DNA of 64,000 nt from an uncultured delta proteobacterium (GTDB lineage Bacteria; Myxococcota_A; Polyangia; Haliangiales; Haliangiaceae). Positions 41,259-51,963 of the stretch are shown piece after piece; position 1 is the stretch's first letter; every line of letters starts with the position of its first letter. The position numbers and the translations under genes were made by a program. The stretch covers positions 1,888,001 to 1,952,000 of the forward strand of contig CAWKDB010000010.1 of NCBI GenBank assembly GCA_963848295.1, in the 5' to 3' direction. The notes beneath the pieces were generated by a model. It had not been told where the DNA came from and searched no databases. It saw nothing but the letters and a program-made list of their open reading frames with translations.

Positions 41259-41839
41259 AGGTCATCGTGCTCGTCCTCGCGCTGGTCGCGTGCGACAACC
41301 ACGGCTCCACGCCGGATTGGTCGCGCATGATCACGCAGCCCAAGCTGCTGCCGTTCGGCGCGACCTCGCAATTCGCGGACGGGGCGGCGATGCGCCCGGT
41401 ACCGGCGGGCACGATCACGCGTGACTGGATCGCCGACGGCGCCGTCCGCGATGGTGTCATGGGCTCCGGCGCGCCGGTCGAGGTGATCCCGATCGCGATC
41501 ACCCGGCCCTTGCTCGAGCGCGGCCGCGAGCGCTTCGAGATCGTGTGCGCGGCCTGCCACGGTATCGCCGGCGACGGCGACAGCGCCGTCGCACACAACA
41601 TGCAGCGCCGGCGCCCGCCATCGTTCCACGAGCCGCGCTTGGTCGCGCTCTCGCCGGGCGAGCTCTATCGCACGATCGTCGACGGCTACGGCCTGATGCC
41701 TTCGTACGCGGCAATGATCAGCGTCGACGATCGCTGGGCGGTCATCGCATACGTGCGAACGCTGCAGCGCGCGTGGCAGCTCGACCTGCAAACGCTGCCA
41801 CCGGCCGAGGCGGCCGAGATCGTCGAGAGCTTACCGTGA
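41255..41839 (+). CDS. actE: ACIII monoheme cytochrome c lipoprotein
   Basis: Lipobox LVAC, MITQPK, CAACHG, GYGLMPSY, DRWAVIAYVR. Confidence 0.92.
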
Positions 41840-42987
41840 GCCGTCGCGCGCTGTTGATCGCCTCGCTCGTGCTCGGGACCCTCGGGACGATCGGCATGGC
41901 GATCGGTTTTGTCGTCGAGCCGACGCAGGCCGCGTTCTCGTACCTCACCGCGTGGGTGTACGCGGTGTCGATCGCGCTCGGCGCGCTGATCTTCCTGCTG
42001 ATCGCGCACGCTACGCAGGGCAAGTGGTTCATCGTGTTTCGCCGACTCGCCGAAGCGATCACGAGCAGCCTGCCCGCGCTCGCGATCGGCTTCATCCCGA
42101 TCGCGCTCGTGCTCGGCCGGATCTACGTGTGGGTCGATCCTTCGCCGGCCCTCGGCCACGACGCGCTGCTCACGATCGCGCACAAGGCGCCGTATCTGAA
42201 TCCGACGTTCTTTATCGTTCGCGCCGCGATCTTCTTCACGTTCTGGATCGTCCTCGCCGAGCTGCTGACCCGATGGGCCGCGCGTTCTGATCGCGACCTC
42301 GCGAGCCACCTCTATCGATTGCGTGCGCTGGCATGCGGTGCACTGCCGGCGGTCGCACTGACCCTCACGTTCGCCGCGTTCGACTGGCTGATGTCGATGA
42401 CGCCGCTGTGGTACTCGACCGTGTTCGGCTTGTTGTACTTCTCGGGCGGCTTCGTCGCGGCGCTAGCGGCGCTCGCCGTGATCTCGCGCGACGCCCGCCG
42501 GGTGCCGGACGTCGACTCGAGCATCCACCCGAGTCATACCGGTGCCCTCGGGCGCTTGCTGTTCGCGTTCCTCGTGTTCTGGGCTTACATGGAGTTCGCG
42601 CAGGGCCTGATCATCTGGATCGCGAACAAGCCCGGCGAGGTGCCGTGGTACGTGGTGCGCGGCGCCACCGCGTGGGGCGCGGTGTTCGCGGTGCTGGTCG
42701 TCGGCCACTTCGCGCTGCCGTTCTTCATCCTGCTGTCGAAGCCGCTCAAGCGCAGAGCTACTCCGCTCGCGCTCGTCGGTTGGTGGTTGCTCCTCATGCA
42801 TTACGTCGACATCTACTGGATGGTGATGCCGGTCCTGCATCCGACGTTGGCGTTTCACTGGCTCGACGTGGCGGCGCCGCTCGCCGTCATCGGCTTCGCG
42901 ACGGCATTCGTCGTCGCTCGCAACCGCAACCCGCTCGCGACCGCCGATCCGCGATTCGCGGCCGCCGTGCGCTACGAGGGCTCGTGA
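41836..42987 (+). CDS. actF: ACIII subunit F
   Basis: KAPYLN..FF, FAAFDWLMS..P.WYST, FWAYMEFAQGLIIW..N.P.E. Confidence 0.92.
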   Translation: MSRRALLIASLVLGTLGTIGMAIGFVVEPTQAAFSYLTAWVYAVSIALGALIFLLIAHATQGKWFIVFRRLAEAITSSLPALAIGFIPIALVLGRIYVWVDPSPALGHDALLTIAHKAPYLNPTFFIVRAAIFFTFWIVLAELLTRWAARSDRDLASHLYRLRALACGALPAVALTLTFAAFDWLMSMTPLWYSTVFGLLYFSGGFVAALAALAVISRDARRVPDVDSSIHPSHTGALGRLLFAFLVFWAYMEFAQGLIIWIANKPGEVPWYVVRGATAWGAVFAVLVVGHFALPFFILLSKPLKRRATPLALVGWWLLLMHYVDIYWMVMPVLHPTLAFHWLDVAAPLAVIGFATAFVVARNRNPLATADPRFAAAVRYEGS

Positions 42988-43313
42988 GCGACCAAGAAGC
43001 CGATCAGATCCGGACGCGCGCGATCGTCGTCGTCGGGCTCGCAGGGCTCGCGATCACGCTGGCGCTGGTCGGCGTCGCGTGGCTGTTCGTCGTGGCCCCG
43101 GCCGCGCCTCGGCACACGCCGAGCGCTCCCTCGGTCTTGGAGCACGGGCTGTTCGTCCAGGCCTCGGGCGGCGCCGACGCGAACGCGCGCGGCGCCAAGC
43201 GGCTCGAAGTGTACCGCTGGATCGATCGGGCTCATCACGTCGCACGGATTCCGATCGACCGGGCGATCGATGCGGTGGTCGCGGATCCGGCCCTTATCGG
43301 AGGACATCGCTGA
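42984..43313 (+). CDS. ACIII-associated small membrane protein (ActG-like)
   Basis: One TM helix, YRWIDR...ARIPIDRAI. Confidence 0.7.
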   Translation: MSDQEADQIRTRAIVVVGLAGLAITLALVGVAWLFVVAPAAPRHTPSAPSVLEHGLFVQASGGADANARGAKRLEVYRWIDRAHHVARIPIDRAIDAVVADPALIGGHR

Positions 43314-44131
43314 TGCGCGCTGCACTCGTCATCGCACTCTCGCTCGGTTTCTCCTTGCGCGCGGTCGCCGCCGATCCGCCTCCCGGCTCGCCCGCGTGGG
43401 CCGAGCAAGCCGACGTCACGGAGCACCTCGGCGACCAGCTTCCCCTCGATCTCCGGTTCACAGACAGCACCGGCCATCCGATCGAGCTCCGCCAGCTGTT
43501 CGACGGCGTTCATCCGGTGCTGCTCGTGCTCGCTTACTACGAGTGCCCGCAGCTGTGCAGTCTCGTGCTCGCTGGTGCCGTCTCGGCGATGCGGCAGCTC
43601 GACACGTGGGGCTGGAAGCTCGGACCGCAATATCGCGTCGCCACGATCAGCTTCGATTCTACCGAGCGCATCGATCAAGCGGCGCGCAAGCAGGCGAGCG
43701 TGGTCGGCACGCTCGGCGCCCCGCTCGAGGCATGGCCGTTCTTCGTCGGCAACGAGGCCAACGTGCGCGCGCTCACCGACCATCTCGGCTTCAAGTTCTT
43801 GCGTGATCCGCGCACCGGCAATATCGCGCACGCCGCGGTCGTGTTCGTGTTGACCCCCGACGGCAAGATCTCGCGCTACCTGTACGGCACCGACTACGCG
43901 CCCCGCGATCTCAAGCTCGCGCTGCTCGAGGCCTCCGATGGCAAGACCGGTTCGTTCGGCGACAAGATCCTGCTGCGCTGCTTTCATTACGATCCGACGA
44001 CCCGGCGCTACGGTCTGTTCATCAGCCGATTCATGAAGGTCGGAGGGCTCCTGATCCTCGTAATCGCGCTCGTCATCGGTCGCATTTTTTGGCGCCACGA
44101 GCGGCGGCGCGCGCGGAGGGGCGTGGCGTGA
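43313..44131 (+). CDS. SCO/SenC copper chaperone
   Basis: YYECPQLC (CxxxC), conserved His, LTPDGKISRYLYG. Confidence 0.92.
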   Translation: MRAALVIALSLGFSLRAVAADPPPGSPAWAEQADVTEHLGDQLPLDLRFTDSTGHPIELRQLFDGVHPVLLVLAYYECPQLCSLVLAGAVSAMRQLDTWGWKLGPQYRVATISFDSTERIDQAARKQASVVGTLGAPLEAWPFFVGNEANVRALTDHLGFKFLRDPRTGNIAHAAVVFVLTPDGKISRYLYGTDYAPRDLKLALLEASDGKTGSFGDKILLRCFHYDPTTRRYGLFISRFMKVGGLLILVIALVIGRIFWRHERRRARRGVA

Positions 44132-45183
44132 ACGAGCTGCTCCGTCACGCGTTGAATTTGCCGCCGCAGCGGTCGTCGATCGCGAGCTCGGTCGATCATC
44201 TACATTATGTGGTGATCCTGTGCACGATCGCCGGTGCGATGGTCGCGGGCGGGTTCGGCGCGATGTTCCTGGTGCGCTACCGGCGCCGCACCAAAGCCAT
44301 CCCGCTGACCCCATACGTGGTCGTCCCGCGCTGGCTCGAGGCGCTCGTGATCGCGGGGCTGCTCTCGCTGTTCTGCGGGTTCTGGGTCGTCGGGTTCTCG
44401 CAGTACACCACGATCGAATCCGCGCCTCCCGACGCGCTGCCGATCTACGTCACCGCCAAGCAGTGGATGTGGCAGTTCGCGTATCCCGACGGCCCGACGT
44501 CGGCGAACGTCCTGACCGTGCCGGTCGGCCGGCCGATCAAGCTGATCATGACGTCGCGCGACGTGATCCACAGCTTCTTCGTGCCCGACTTCCGGATCAA
44601 GCAGGACGTCGTGCCGGGACGCACGATGACGACCTGGTTCGAAGCCATCGCGCCGGGCACATCGGACGTATTGTGCTCGCAATACTGCGGCACCCGGCAC
44701 TCGCTGATGCGCGCGCAGGTCGTCGCCCTCCGACCGGCTGACTATGCGCGCTGGCTCGCGACCGCACGAGGTCCGCTCGCGTTGCCGGGCGCCAAGGGCA
44801 ATGGCATCGGGCTCGCCGCCACCGGCAAAGCTGTCGCGGCCGCGCACGGCTGTCTGCGCTGCCACTCGATCGACGGTACGCCGTTCATCGGCCCGACCTG
44901 GGCCAACGCGTTCGGCAGGCAGCGGCCCACCGCGGACGGCCGCTCGGTACTCGTCGACGAAGCCTATTTGACCGAGTCGATGATGGACCCCAAGGCGGTG
45001 ATCGCGGCGGGCTTTCAACCGGTGATGCCGTCGTATCAGGGGCTGCTCTCGCCCGAGGATATCTCCGCGATCATCGAGTACATCCGTTCGCTGCGCGACG
45101 TGCAGCCCGTGGTCGCGGAGCCGCCGCCGGTCGCCCCGATCACCTACCCGCCAGGAGCGCCCCATGACGCCGCCACCGACTGA
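44128..45183 (+). CDS. coxB: Cytochrome c oxidase subunit II with C-terminal cytochrome c (caa3 type)
   Basis: KQWMWQF, DVIHSF, CuA motif CSQYCGTRHSLM, CLRCH. Confidence 0.95.
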   Translation: MNELLRHALNLPPQRSSIASSVDHLHYVVILCTIAGAMVAGGFGAMFLVRYRRRTKAIPLTPYVVVPRWLEALVIAGLLSLFCGFWVVGFSQYTTIESAPPDALPIYVTAKQWMWQFAYPDGPTSANVLTVPVGRPIKLIMTSRDVIHSFFVPDFRIKQDVVPGRTMTTWFEAIAPGTSDVLCSQYCGTRHSLMRAQVVALRPADYARWLATARGPLALPGAKGNGIGLAATGKAVAAAHGCLRCHSIDGTPFIGPTWANAFGRQRPTADGRSVLVDEAYLTESMMDPKAVIAAGFQPVMPSYQGLLSPEDISAIIEYIRSLRDVQPVVAEPPPVAPITYPPGAPHDAATD

Positions 45184-46780
45184 CTACCTGCGCGCGAGAA
45201 GCGGCATCAAGTCGTGGCTGACGACCACCGACCACAAGCGGATCGCGCTGATGTTCTTCGTCGCGGTCACGCTCGCGATGATGCTCGGCGGTGCGTTCGC
45301 GATGGCGTTGCGCACCAAGCTGCTGATTCCGGGCCCGGCCCTGTTCAGCCCGCTCACGTACAACCGGTTGTTCACGCTCCACGGCGTGACGATGGTGTTC
45401 CTGTTCATGATCCCCGCGATCCCGACGGTGTTCGGCAACTTCTTCCTGCCGATGATGGTCGGCGCGAAGGATCTCGCGTTCCCGCGACTCAACCTCGCGA
45501 GCTTCTACGTCTACTTCGCGGGCGCCACCCTGACGCTGTGGGGCATGATCCACGGCGGCGCCGATACCGGCTGGACGTTCTACGCCCCGTATGCGACCGC
45601 GTCGCCGACCGATGTCGCGCCGATCGCGATCGGCGTGTTCGTGCTCGGCGTGTCGTCGATCATGACGGGCCTCAACTTCATCGCCACGACCCACATGCTG
45701 CGTCGTAGCGGGCTCCGGTGGTTCAAGCTGCCGCTCTTCGTGTGGGCGATCTACGCCACGAGCGTGATCCAGGTGCTCGCGACGCCGGTGCTCGGCCTAT
45801 CGGTGATCCTCGTCGCGCTCGATCACGCGCTGCACATGGGAATGTTCGATCCAGCGCTCGGCGGTGATCCGGTGCTGTTCCAGCATCTGTTCTGGTTCTA
45901 TTCGCACCCCGCCGTCTACATCATGATCTTGCCGGCGATGGGCGTGATCGCAGAGATCGTGCCTACGTTCTCGAAGAAGAACCTCCTGTCGTACAACGCA
46001 CTCGCGTATTCATCGCTCGGCATCGCCTTCGTCGGGTTCTTGACGTGGGGCCATCACATGTTCGTCGCCGGGATCTCGCAATTCGACGCCGCGCTCTTCG
46101 GGCTGCTCTCGATGTTCGTCGCGATCTTCTCGGCGATCAAAGTGTTCACGTGGATCGGCACGATGTATCGCGGCTCGATCACGTTCAACACACCGATGCT
46201 GTACTTCTTCTCGTTCGTCTTCTTGTTCGTGTTCGGCGGGATGACCGGCGTCGCGGTCGCGACCACGTCGCTCGACGTCCACTGGCACGACACCTACTTC
46301 GTGGTCGCGCACTTTCACTTCATCATGGTCGGCGGCACGCTGACCGCGTTCCTCGCCGCGATCCACTACTGGTTTCCGAAGATGTTCGGCCGGATGTACC
46401 CCGAGCGCCTCGGCCTGCTCTCCGCATCGCTCGTGTTCGTCGGCTTCAACCTGACGTTCTTCCCTCAGTTCCTGCTCGGCAATGCCGGCATGCCGCGGCG
46501 CTACTACAGCTACCCGGCTCGCTATCACGTCCTGAATGTGTTCTCGACGTGTGGCGCGTATCTACTCGGGCTGGCGATGACGATCACGCTGATCTACTTG
46601 CTCGTGTCGCTCAAGTACGGCAAGCGCGCCCCCGCCAATCCGTGGGGCTCGCGCGGCTTCGAGTGGCGCACGACCTCACCTCCGCCCGTCCACAACTTCG
46701 TGGTGCCGTTCGATCCCGCGTACGGCGCGTACTCGTACAACGAGCCACCTCCGCCAGACCATCCGACGGAATCGGAATGA
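45164..46780 (+). CDS. coxA: Cytochrome c oxidase subunit I (A2 type)
   Basis: [32 protein letters not shown]. Confidence 0.97.
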   Translation: MTPPPTDYLRARSGIKSWLTTTDHKRIALMFFVAVTLAMMLGGAFAMALRTKLLIPGPALFSPLTYNRLFTLHGVTMVFLFMIPAIPTVFGNFFLPMMVGAKDLAFPRLNLASFYVYFAGATLTLWGMIHGGADTGWTFYAPYATASPTDVAPIAIGVFVLGVSSIMTGLNFIATTHMLRRSGLRWFKLPLFVWAIYATSVIQVLATPVLGLSVILVALDHALHMGMFDPALGGDPVLFQHLFWFYSHPAVYIMILPAMGVIAEIVPTFSKKNLLSYNALAYSSLGIAFVGFLTWGHHMFVAGISQFDAALFGLLSMFVAIFSAIKVFTWIGTMYRGSITFNTPMLYFFSFVFLFVFGGMTGVAVATTSLDVHWHDTYFVVAHFHFIMVGGTLTAFLAAIHYWFPKMFGRMYPERLGLLSASLVFVGFNLTFFPQFLLGNAGMPRRYYSYPARYHVLNVFSTCGAYLLGLAMTITLIYLLVSLKYGKRAPANPWGSRGFEWRTTSPPPVHNFVVPFDPAYGAYSYNEPPPPDHPTESE

Positions 46781-47403
46781 TCGAGCACGAAGTTCAATAC
46801 GATTCGATCGAGCGCCAGCACGCGACTGCGCGCCTCGGGATCTGGATCTTTCTGGGCAGCGAGCTCCTGTTATTCGCCGGTCTGTTCACGCTGTTCGTGG
46901 CGTATCGCTTCCAGTACCCCGCGGAGTTTCGCGCGGCCTCGGCGCACGCCAACGTCCTGATCGGCACGGTCAACACGTACCTGCTCTTGACGTCGAGCCT
47001 CACGGTCGCACTCGCGATCCATGCCGCCCGCCACGGACATCGCGGTCGCATCGTGATGTTCCTCGCAATCACGATCGCGCTCGGGATCGCGTTCGATGTG
47101 TTGAAGGGCATCGAATACGCCGAGCACGTGTCCAAGGGTATCGCGCCCGGTCACTACTACTCGTTCTCCGCGCTTCCCGCCCACGGCGCGGTCTTGTACT
47201 TCACGCTGTACTACCTGCTCACGGGGATCCACGCGATCCATGTCACCGGTGGCCTGATCATGCTCGTCTGGCTGGCGGTCAAAGCAAAGCGCGGCGACTT
47301 CACCCCGAGCTCGCACATCACCCTCGAGCTTGGCGGATTGTATTGGCACCTCGTCGACGTGGTGTGGCTCTTCCTATGGCCTCTGATCTACCTCATCCGA
47401 TGA
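46777..47403 (+). CDS. coxC: Cytochrome c oxidase subunit III
   Basis: GIWIFLGSE, NTYLLLTSS, TGIHAIHV, YWHLVDVVW. Confidence 0.94.
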   Translation: MIEHEVQYDSIERQHATARLGIWIFLGSELLLFAGLFTLFVAYRFQYPAEFRAASAHANVLIGTVNTYLLLTSSLTVALAIHAARHGHRGRIVMFLAITIALGIAFDVLKGIEYAEHVSKGIAPGHYYSFSALPAHGAVLYFTLYYLLTGIHAIHVTGGLIMLVWLAVKAKRGDFTPSSHITLELGGLYWHLVDVVWLFLWPLIYLIR

Positions 47404-47852
47404 CCCAGCCCTCCCAGCCATCCGCGCTGACCTACGTGATCGTGTGGCTTGCACTCGCGTCGCTCGCGACCCTGTCACTGTTGGCATCGTACGCGCACCT
47501 CGGCGATTGGAACGTGGTCTTCGCGTTCGCGATCGCGACGGTCAAGGCGGGGCTCGTATTTGCGGTCTTCATGCATCTCATGCACGGGCCGCCGCTTCAC
47601 CGCATCGTCATCGTCGTTGCGATGTGCTTCGTCGCGCTGATCATTCTTGGCGTGCTCGCGGATGTCGCCACTCGATCGGTCGCCAGTCCGTATGCGCTGG
47701 GATCACGCGATCGACGACCCACGACGGGCGTTCGCCTCGGCGTCCGACGCGCTCAGGACGGACGACCTATCTGCTTCGCGCCCTTCGCGAGCAGGAGCAC
47801 CGGCAGCATGCAGGCAGCGAGGATCGCCATCGTGCGCATCGCGTCGACGTAG
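47400..47852 (+). CDS. coxD: Cytochrome c oxidase subunit IV
   Basis: IATVKAGLVFAVFMHL; three TM helices; the tail overlaps the convergent MFS gene by 100 nt. Confidence 0.85.
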   Translation: MTQPSQPSALTYVIVWLALASLATLSLLASYAHLGDWNVVFAFAIATVKAGLVFAVFMHLMHGPPLHRIVIVVAMCFVALIILGVLADVATRSVASPYALGSRDRRPTTGVRLGVRRAQDGRPICFAPFASRSTGSMQAARIAIVRIAST

Positions 47853-49342
47853 GCGAGCTGGGTCGCTTGCACCTGCAGCTGGCGGTACGCGACCGCGAGC
47901 GCGTCGTGCGCCGCATCTGGCGCCGAGCGGCCGGCGTGCTCGAGCACGCGCGCGATGCCTTGGAGTTGGGCGACGAATGCCGGGTTGTAGTTGTTGGTGT
48001 GGCTTGCGAGGTAGGTCTGATGCATCTGCGCGTGGCGTGCGAGCTGCGTCGTGGCCAGCGCGATGCCGAGCGAGCCGCCCAAGTTACGCCCGAGGTTCAG
48101 CACGCCGGACACGGCGTTGTTCTGCTCCGGTCGAACGTGCGCATAGACGAGCGTGTTGATCGGAACGAACAGCAGCGAGAGCCCGACGACCTGGTAGACG
48201 CGCATCAGGATCGCGCTGCGAAAGTCGATGCCGACGTAGAGGTGGGTCGACATGTAGAACAGCGAGACCACGAGCATCGAAGCGCCGGTCGCGATCAGCC
48301 ATCGCGCATCGACCCTCGAGACCAGCGCGCCGGCCACGGGCATCAGCAGGATCAGCGCGAACCCGCCGGGCGACAACGTCTCGCCGGCTTGCTGTGCGCT
48401 GTAGCCCATCAACGTCTGCTCGAACGTCGGCAGCAGCACGGTCGGCGCGTACAGCACCATGCCGAGCAGCAGCATCAACAGGCTCGAGCTCGCGAAGGTC
48501 CGGTTCGTGAACATCCGGACGTCGATGACGGGATGGCGCTGGCGCCACTCCCACAGCACGAACCCGATGAGCCCGGCGCCGGCGATGATCGCGAAGCCGA
48601 CGATCGACGACGCGTTGAACCAATCGTCCTCTTGGCCCTTATCGAGCACGAACTCGAGCGAGCCCAGGCCGACCGCGATCAGGCCGAGGCCGATGTAGTC
48701 GATGCCTCCGGAGCGCTCGCGCATCTGCGCGAGGTGCGGCGGGTCGGTGACCACGTGCGAGGTGAGCAGCAGCGAGACGAGGCCGACCGGGATGTTGATG
48801 AAGAAGATCCACCGCCAGCTGAAGTGATCGGTGATGAAACCGCCGACCGTCGGGCCGATCGCCGGCGCGAGCACGACCGCCATGCCGTAGATCGCCATCG
48901 CCATGCCGCGCGATCGCGGCGGAAACGTGTCCGCGAGGATCGCCTGCTCGCTCGGCGCGAGCCCGCCGCCGCCAATACCCTGCAGCACGCGAAACAGCAC
49001 GAGTAGATCGAGGCTCGGCGCGATGCCGCACAAGAACGAGCTCGCGACGAACAGCCCGACGCTGAGCATGTAGTAGCGCTTGCGCCCGATCTTCGTCGCG
49101 AGCCAGCCGCTGATCGGTAGGACGATCGCGTTCGACACCAGGTACGACGTCAGGATCCACGTGCTCTCGTCCTCGGTCGCCGATAGGTTGCCTGCGATGT
49201 GCGGCAGGCTCACGTTCGCGATGCTCGTATCGAGCACCTCCATGAACGTCGCCATCGAGACGACGAGCGCGATGCCCCACGGATTGTGGCCGCCCGTCCA
49301 TCCGCTATCGAAGTACGCCGGGCGAGCTTCGCCCGCGGTCAC
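47753..49342 (-). CDS. DHA2 family MFS efflux permease (EmrB-like)
   Basis: TFMEVLDTSIANVSLPHI, WILTSYL, FRVLQG, GPTVGG, WRWIFFINIPVG; GTG 49342. Confidence 0.93.
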   Translation of the reverse strand: MTAGEARPAYFDSGWTGGHNPWGIALVVSMATFMEVLDTSIANVSLPHIAGNLSATEDESTWILTSYLVSNAIVLPISGWLATKIGRKRYYMLSVGLFVASSFLCGIAPSLDLLVLFRVLQGIGGGGLAPSEQAILADTFPPRSRGMAMAIYGMAVVLAPAIGPTVGGFITDHFSWRWIFFINIPVGLVSLLLTSHVVTDPPHLAQMRERSGGIDYIGLGLIAVGLGSLEFVLDKGQEDDWFNASSIVGFAIIAGAGLIGFVLWEWRQRHPVIDVRMFTNRTFASSSLLMLLLGMVLYAPTVLLPTFEQTLMGYSAQQAGETLSPGGFALILLMPVAGALVSRVDARWLIATGASMLVVSLFYMSTHLYVGIDFRSAILMRVYQVVGLSLLFVPINTLVYAHVRPEQNNAVSGVLNLGRNLGGSLGIALATTQLARHAQMHQTYLASHTNNYNPAFVAQLQGIARVLEHAGRSAPDAAHDALAVAYRQLQVQATQLAYVDAMRTMAILAACMLPVLLLAKGAKQIGRPS

Positions 49343-50601
49343 CGCACCCTCACCTTGACCTCCACCGACATCCCGGGGCGCAGCCGGTCTAACCCCGGCT
49401 GGCCGCGGTCGAGCGCGACGCGCACCGGGAGGCGCTGGACCACCTTGACGTAGTTGCCGGTCGCGTTCTCCGGCGGCAGTACGCTGAGCCGCGATCCGGT
49501 CGCGCCGCCGAACGCCTCGATCGAACCGTGCAGCGTCCGGTCGATCGCGTCGACGTGGACCTCGGCGGCAAGCCCGACGTGCATACGCTCGATCTGCGTC
49601 TCGCGGAAGTTCGCGGTGACCCACAGCGACTCGGTCTGCGCGATCGCCATCAGCTCTTGGCCAGGCGCGACGCGATCGCCGACGTCGACCGACTTTCTGC
49701 CCACCACGCCGGCGACCGGCGCGGCGATCTTCGCGTAGCCGAGGTTGAGGCGCGCCTGGTCGAGCTCTGCCTTCGCGAGGTCGCGGGCGGCGGTCCGTGC
49801 GAGCACCGCGGCGCGTTGCGTATCTTCTTCGCGCGGTGCGTTTGCTTCGATCTCGATCAGCTTGCTGCGGGCCAACGCCAGCTTCTGCTGTTGCTCGTCG
49901 ATGCGTTCGCGTGCGGCTTCGAGCGAATGCTCGAGCGCGTCGACGTTGGAGGCAGACGCTCTCGCGGCGTTGATCCGCTGGTCGGCCTCGGATCTCGGGA
50001 TCGCGCCACCGTCGACCAACTGCTCTGCGCGGCCGCGATCGAGCTGCGCTGTGTCGTCGAGTGCGCGGGCCTGCGCGAGCCGGGCGCGTCCCTGCTCGAA
50101 CGACTGGTTCGCCTCGGCGACCGACGCCTGCGCCGCCGCGAGGTCCGATCGACTGCTTGCCAGCGCGGCGCGATTGCTCGCCTCGGTGATCGATACGCTT
50201 GGCTGTTGCTGCGAGAGCTCGGCGCCGGCGCGCGCGAACGACGCTTTGGCCTCCGCGGCTGCGACCTCGAGGTCGGACGGATCGAGCTCGAGCAACGGCT
50301 GGCCCGCCTTGATCGGCTGATCCTCGACGACATACACCGCCTTCACGGTCCCCGCGACGCGCGGGCTCAGCTCGGTAATGTCGCCGTCGATCTCGGCGTC
50401 GTCCGTCGTCTCGAATTGCCGCGCATAGAGCCAATAGCCGAACCCGACCAGCGCGACCACGGTGACGCCGCCGGCGATCAGTAGCCACTTGCGACGCGAT
50501 CGCCGCGGCGTGTCGGGCGGTATGTCTCTCGCCGTGGCGGCAGGTCGCTCGGGCGCCGGCGGTGACGCCGGTGCGGCATCCTCATTCGCTCGCTCGGCCA
50601 T
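49339..50601 (-). CDS. HlyD/EmrA membrane fusion protein
   Basis: ETTDDA, VTANFRETQ, LPPENATGNYVKVVQRLPV, LRPGMSV. Confidence 0.94.
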   Translation of the reverse strand: MAERANEDAAPASPPAPERPAATARDIPPDTPRRSRRKWLLIAGGVTVVALVGFGYWLYARQFETTDDAEIDGDITELSPRVAGTVKAVYVVEDQPIKAGQPLLELDPSDLEVAAAEAKASFARAGAELSQQQPSVSITEASNRAALASSRSDLAAAQASVAEANQSFEQGRARLAQARALDDTAQLDRGRAEQLVDGGAIPRSEADQRINAARASASNVDALEHSLEAARERIDEQQQKLALARSKLIEIEANAPREEDTQRAAVLARTAARDLAKAELDQARLNLGYAKIAAPVAGVVGRKSVDVGDRVAPGQELMAIAQTESLWVTANFRETQIERMHVGLAAEVHVDAIDRTLHGSIEAFGGATGSRLSVLPPENATGNYVKVVQRLPVRVALDRGQPGLDRLRPGMSVEVKVRVR

Positions 50602-50616
50602 ACTGCGGTTCGTAGA

Positions 50617-50632
50617 TTCAACTCTCGTGCCG
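50617..50632 (-). promoter_or_regulatory. sigma54-like promoter of emrAB (GA at -12)
   Basis: CGGCACGAGAGTTGAA. Confidence 0.5.
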
Positions 50633-50799
50633 CGCGATGCTCCGGTGAGCGTGCGCGAATCGGTACGGTGGGCTGCGAGTGCGTCACACCCGTCACACCG
50701 TGGCCGTCATGCGCGCCGCCGCGAGCCGTGCGCGACCGCCGGGGCCATCGCGTGGACTTCAAATGCGGCTTTCGGCCGGGAGGCCACGTCCGGAACAGC

Positions 50800-51954
50800 A
50801 TGACCGGTGTCTCCAGAGATGATCGTGCCTCGATCGCGCTTGTCGTACTCTGCGCAGCCGGCTGTGGCCACGGAGCGAACGAGCGCACCGATGCTGGACT
50901 TGGCGACGCGACGTCGGATTCGTCGTCCGATACGGGCGGCACCGGGTCCGACTCGGGCAACACGGGCCCGTGCGGCGGCGCTGTCTGTTACGCCGGGCAG
51001 TCGTGCGTCAGCGACCAGTGTTCCTTTACCGCGTGCAGCGGTGCTCACGTGCCGGGAGACTACGCCACGATCCAACAGGCGATCGATGCGCTGACCCACG
51101 CCGGTGGTCACGGAACGATCTGTCTTGCTGCACAAACCTATGCCGAGAGTCCTTCGCTCGTCATGGGTAGCGTCACGATCCAAGGCGTATCGCCGAGCCA
51201 ATCGCGTGTGACCGGCGCCCTCGACATGCCGTATGGCGCTGGCCTGGGAGATGTCGGCGTAAGTCTGGTGGGGCTCGCGATCCATGGCGTGACGCTTCGA
51301 ACAGGCGCGAATCCCGGAAACGGCACGGCGTCGTTCACCGCGTGCTCGATCGGGACCCTCAACATCGCCGCGGGGAGCGCGACGGTCGCGGTCTCGCTCG
51401 ACGGGGTCGACATATCGTCCGGCGACGCCGCCGCTGCGATCACGGTCGGACAGTCGCAAGGAGCGTTCTCGATCTCGGTGGAAAATTCCTATATCCATGA
51501 CTCCGGTTACGGCCTTCAGTTCACGAGCAGCACCGCGTCGACCGCGACCGCCTCGCTGACCTTTCTCGACAACACGTTCGAGCACGACGGCACCGCGATA
51601 GCGACGCCGGAGGGTTGCGTCGATCTCGAGGTCTGCGGTCAACCCGTCGTCAACTACTTCAACAACGTGTTCACCAACAACACGCTTGCCATCGAGACCG
51701 AGACCAACGAAGTCATCGCGGACGGCAACAACGCGCTATTCGCGAACACGACGAACTACGCTGGCATCGCAACGGATGGCCCTGGCTACGTGAAATCGGA
51801 TCCCCTGCTCGACGCGTCGACCACCCCACCCGGGCTCGACGCCGGATCGCCTTGTCGTGGCGCTGGCGATCCCTCGCACGCGTCGCCGCACGATTTTTGG
51901 GGGAGGCCGCGCGGATCCGCGATCGATATCGGCGCCGTTCAATCATCGCCGTAG
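50800..51954 (+). CDS. Secreted/lipoprotein right-handed beta-helix (pectin-lyase-like) protein
   Basis: Lipobox AAGC, Asp/Gly/Ser linker, Cys repeat, VPGDYATIQQAID, Asn-rich repeats, C-terminal GSPC...DFWG.PR...DIGA. Confidence 0.75.
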   Translation: MTGVSRDDRASIALVVLCAAGCGHGANERTDAGLGDATSDSSSDTGGTGSDSGNTGPCGGAVCYAGQSCVSDQCSFTACSGAHVPGDYATIQQAIDALTHAGGHGTICLAAQTYAESPSLVMGSVTIQGVSPSQSRVTGALDMPYGAGLGDVGVSLVGLAIHGVTLRTGANPGNGTASFTACSIGTLNIAAGSATVAVSLDGVDISSGDAAAAITVGQSQGAFSISVENSYIHDSGYGLQFTSSTASTATASLTFLDNTFEHDGTAIATPEGCVDLEVCGQPVVNYFNNVFTNNTLAIETETNEVIADGNNALFANTTNYAGIATDGPGYVKSDPLLDASTTPPGLDAGSPCRGAGDPSHASPHDFWGRPRGSAIDIGAVQSSP

Positions 51955-51963
51955 CTCCAATAG

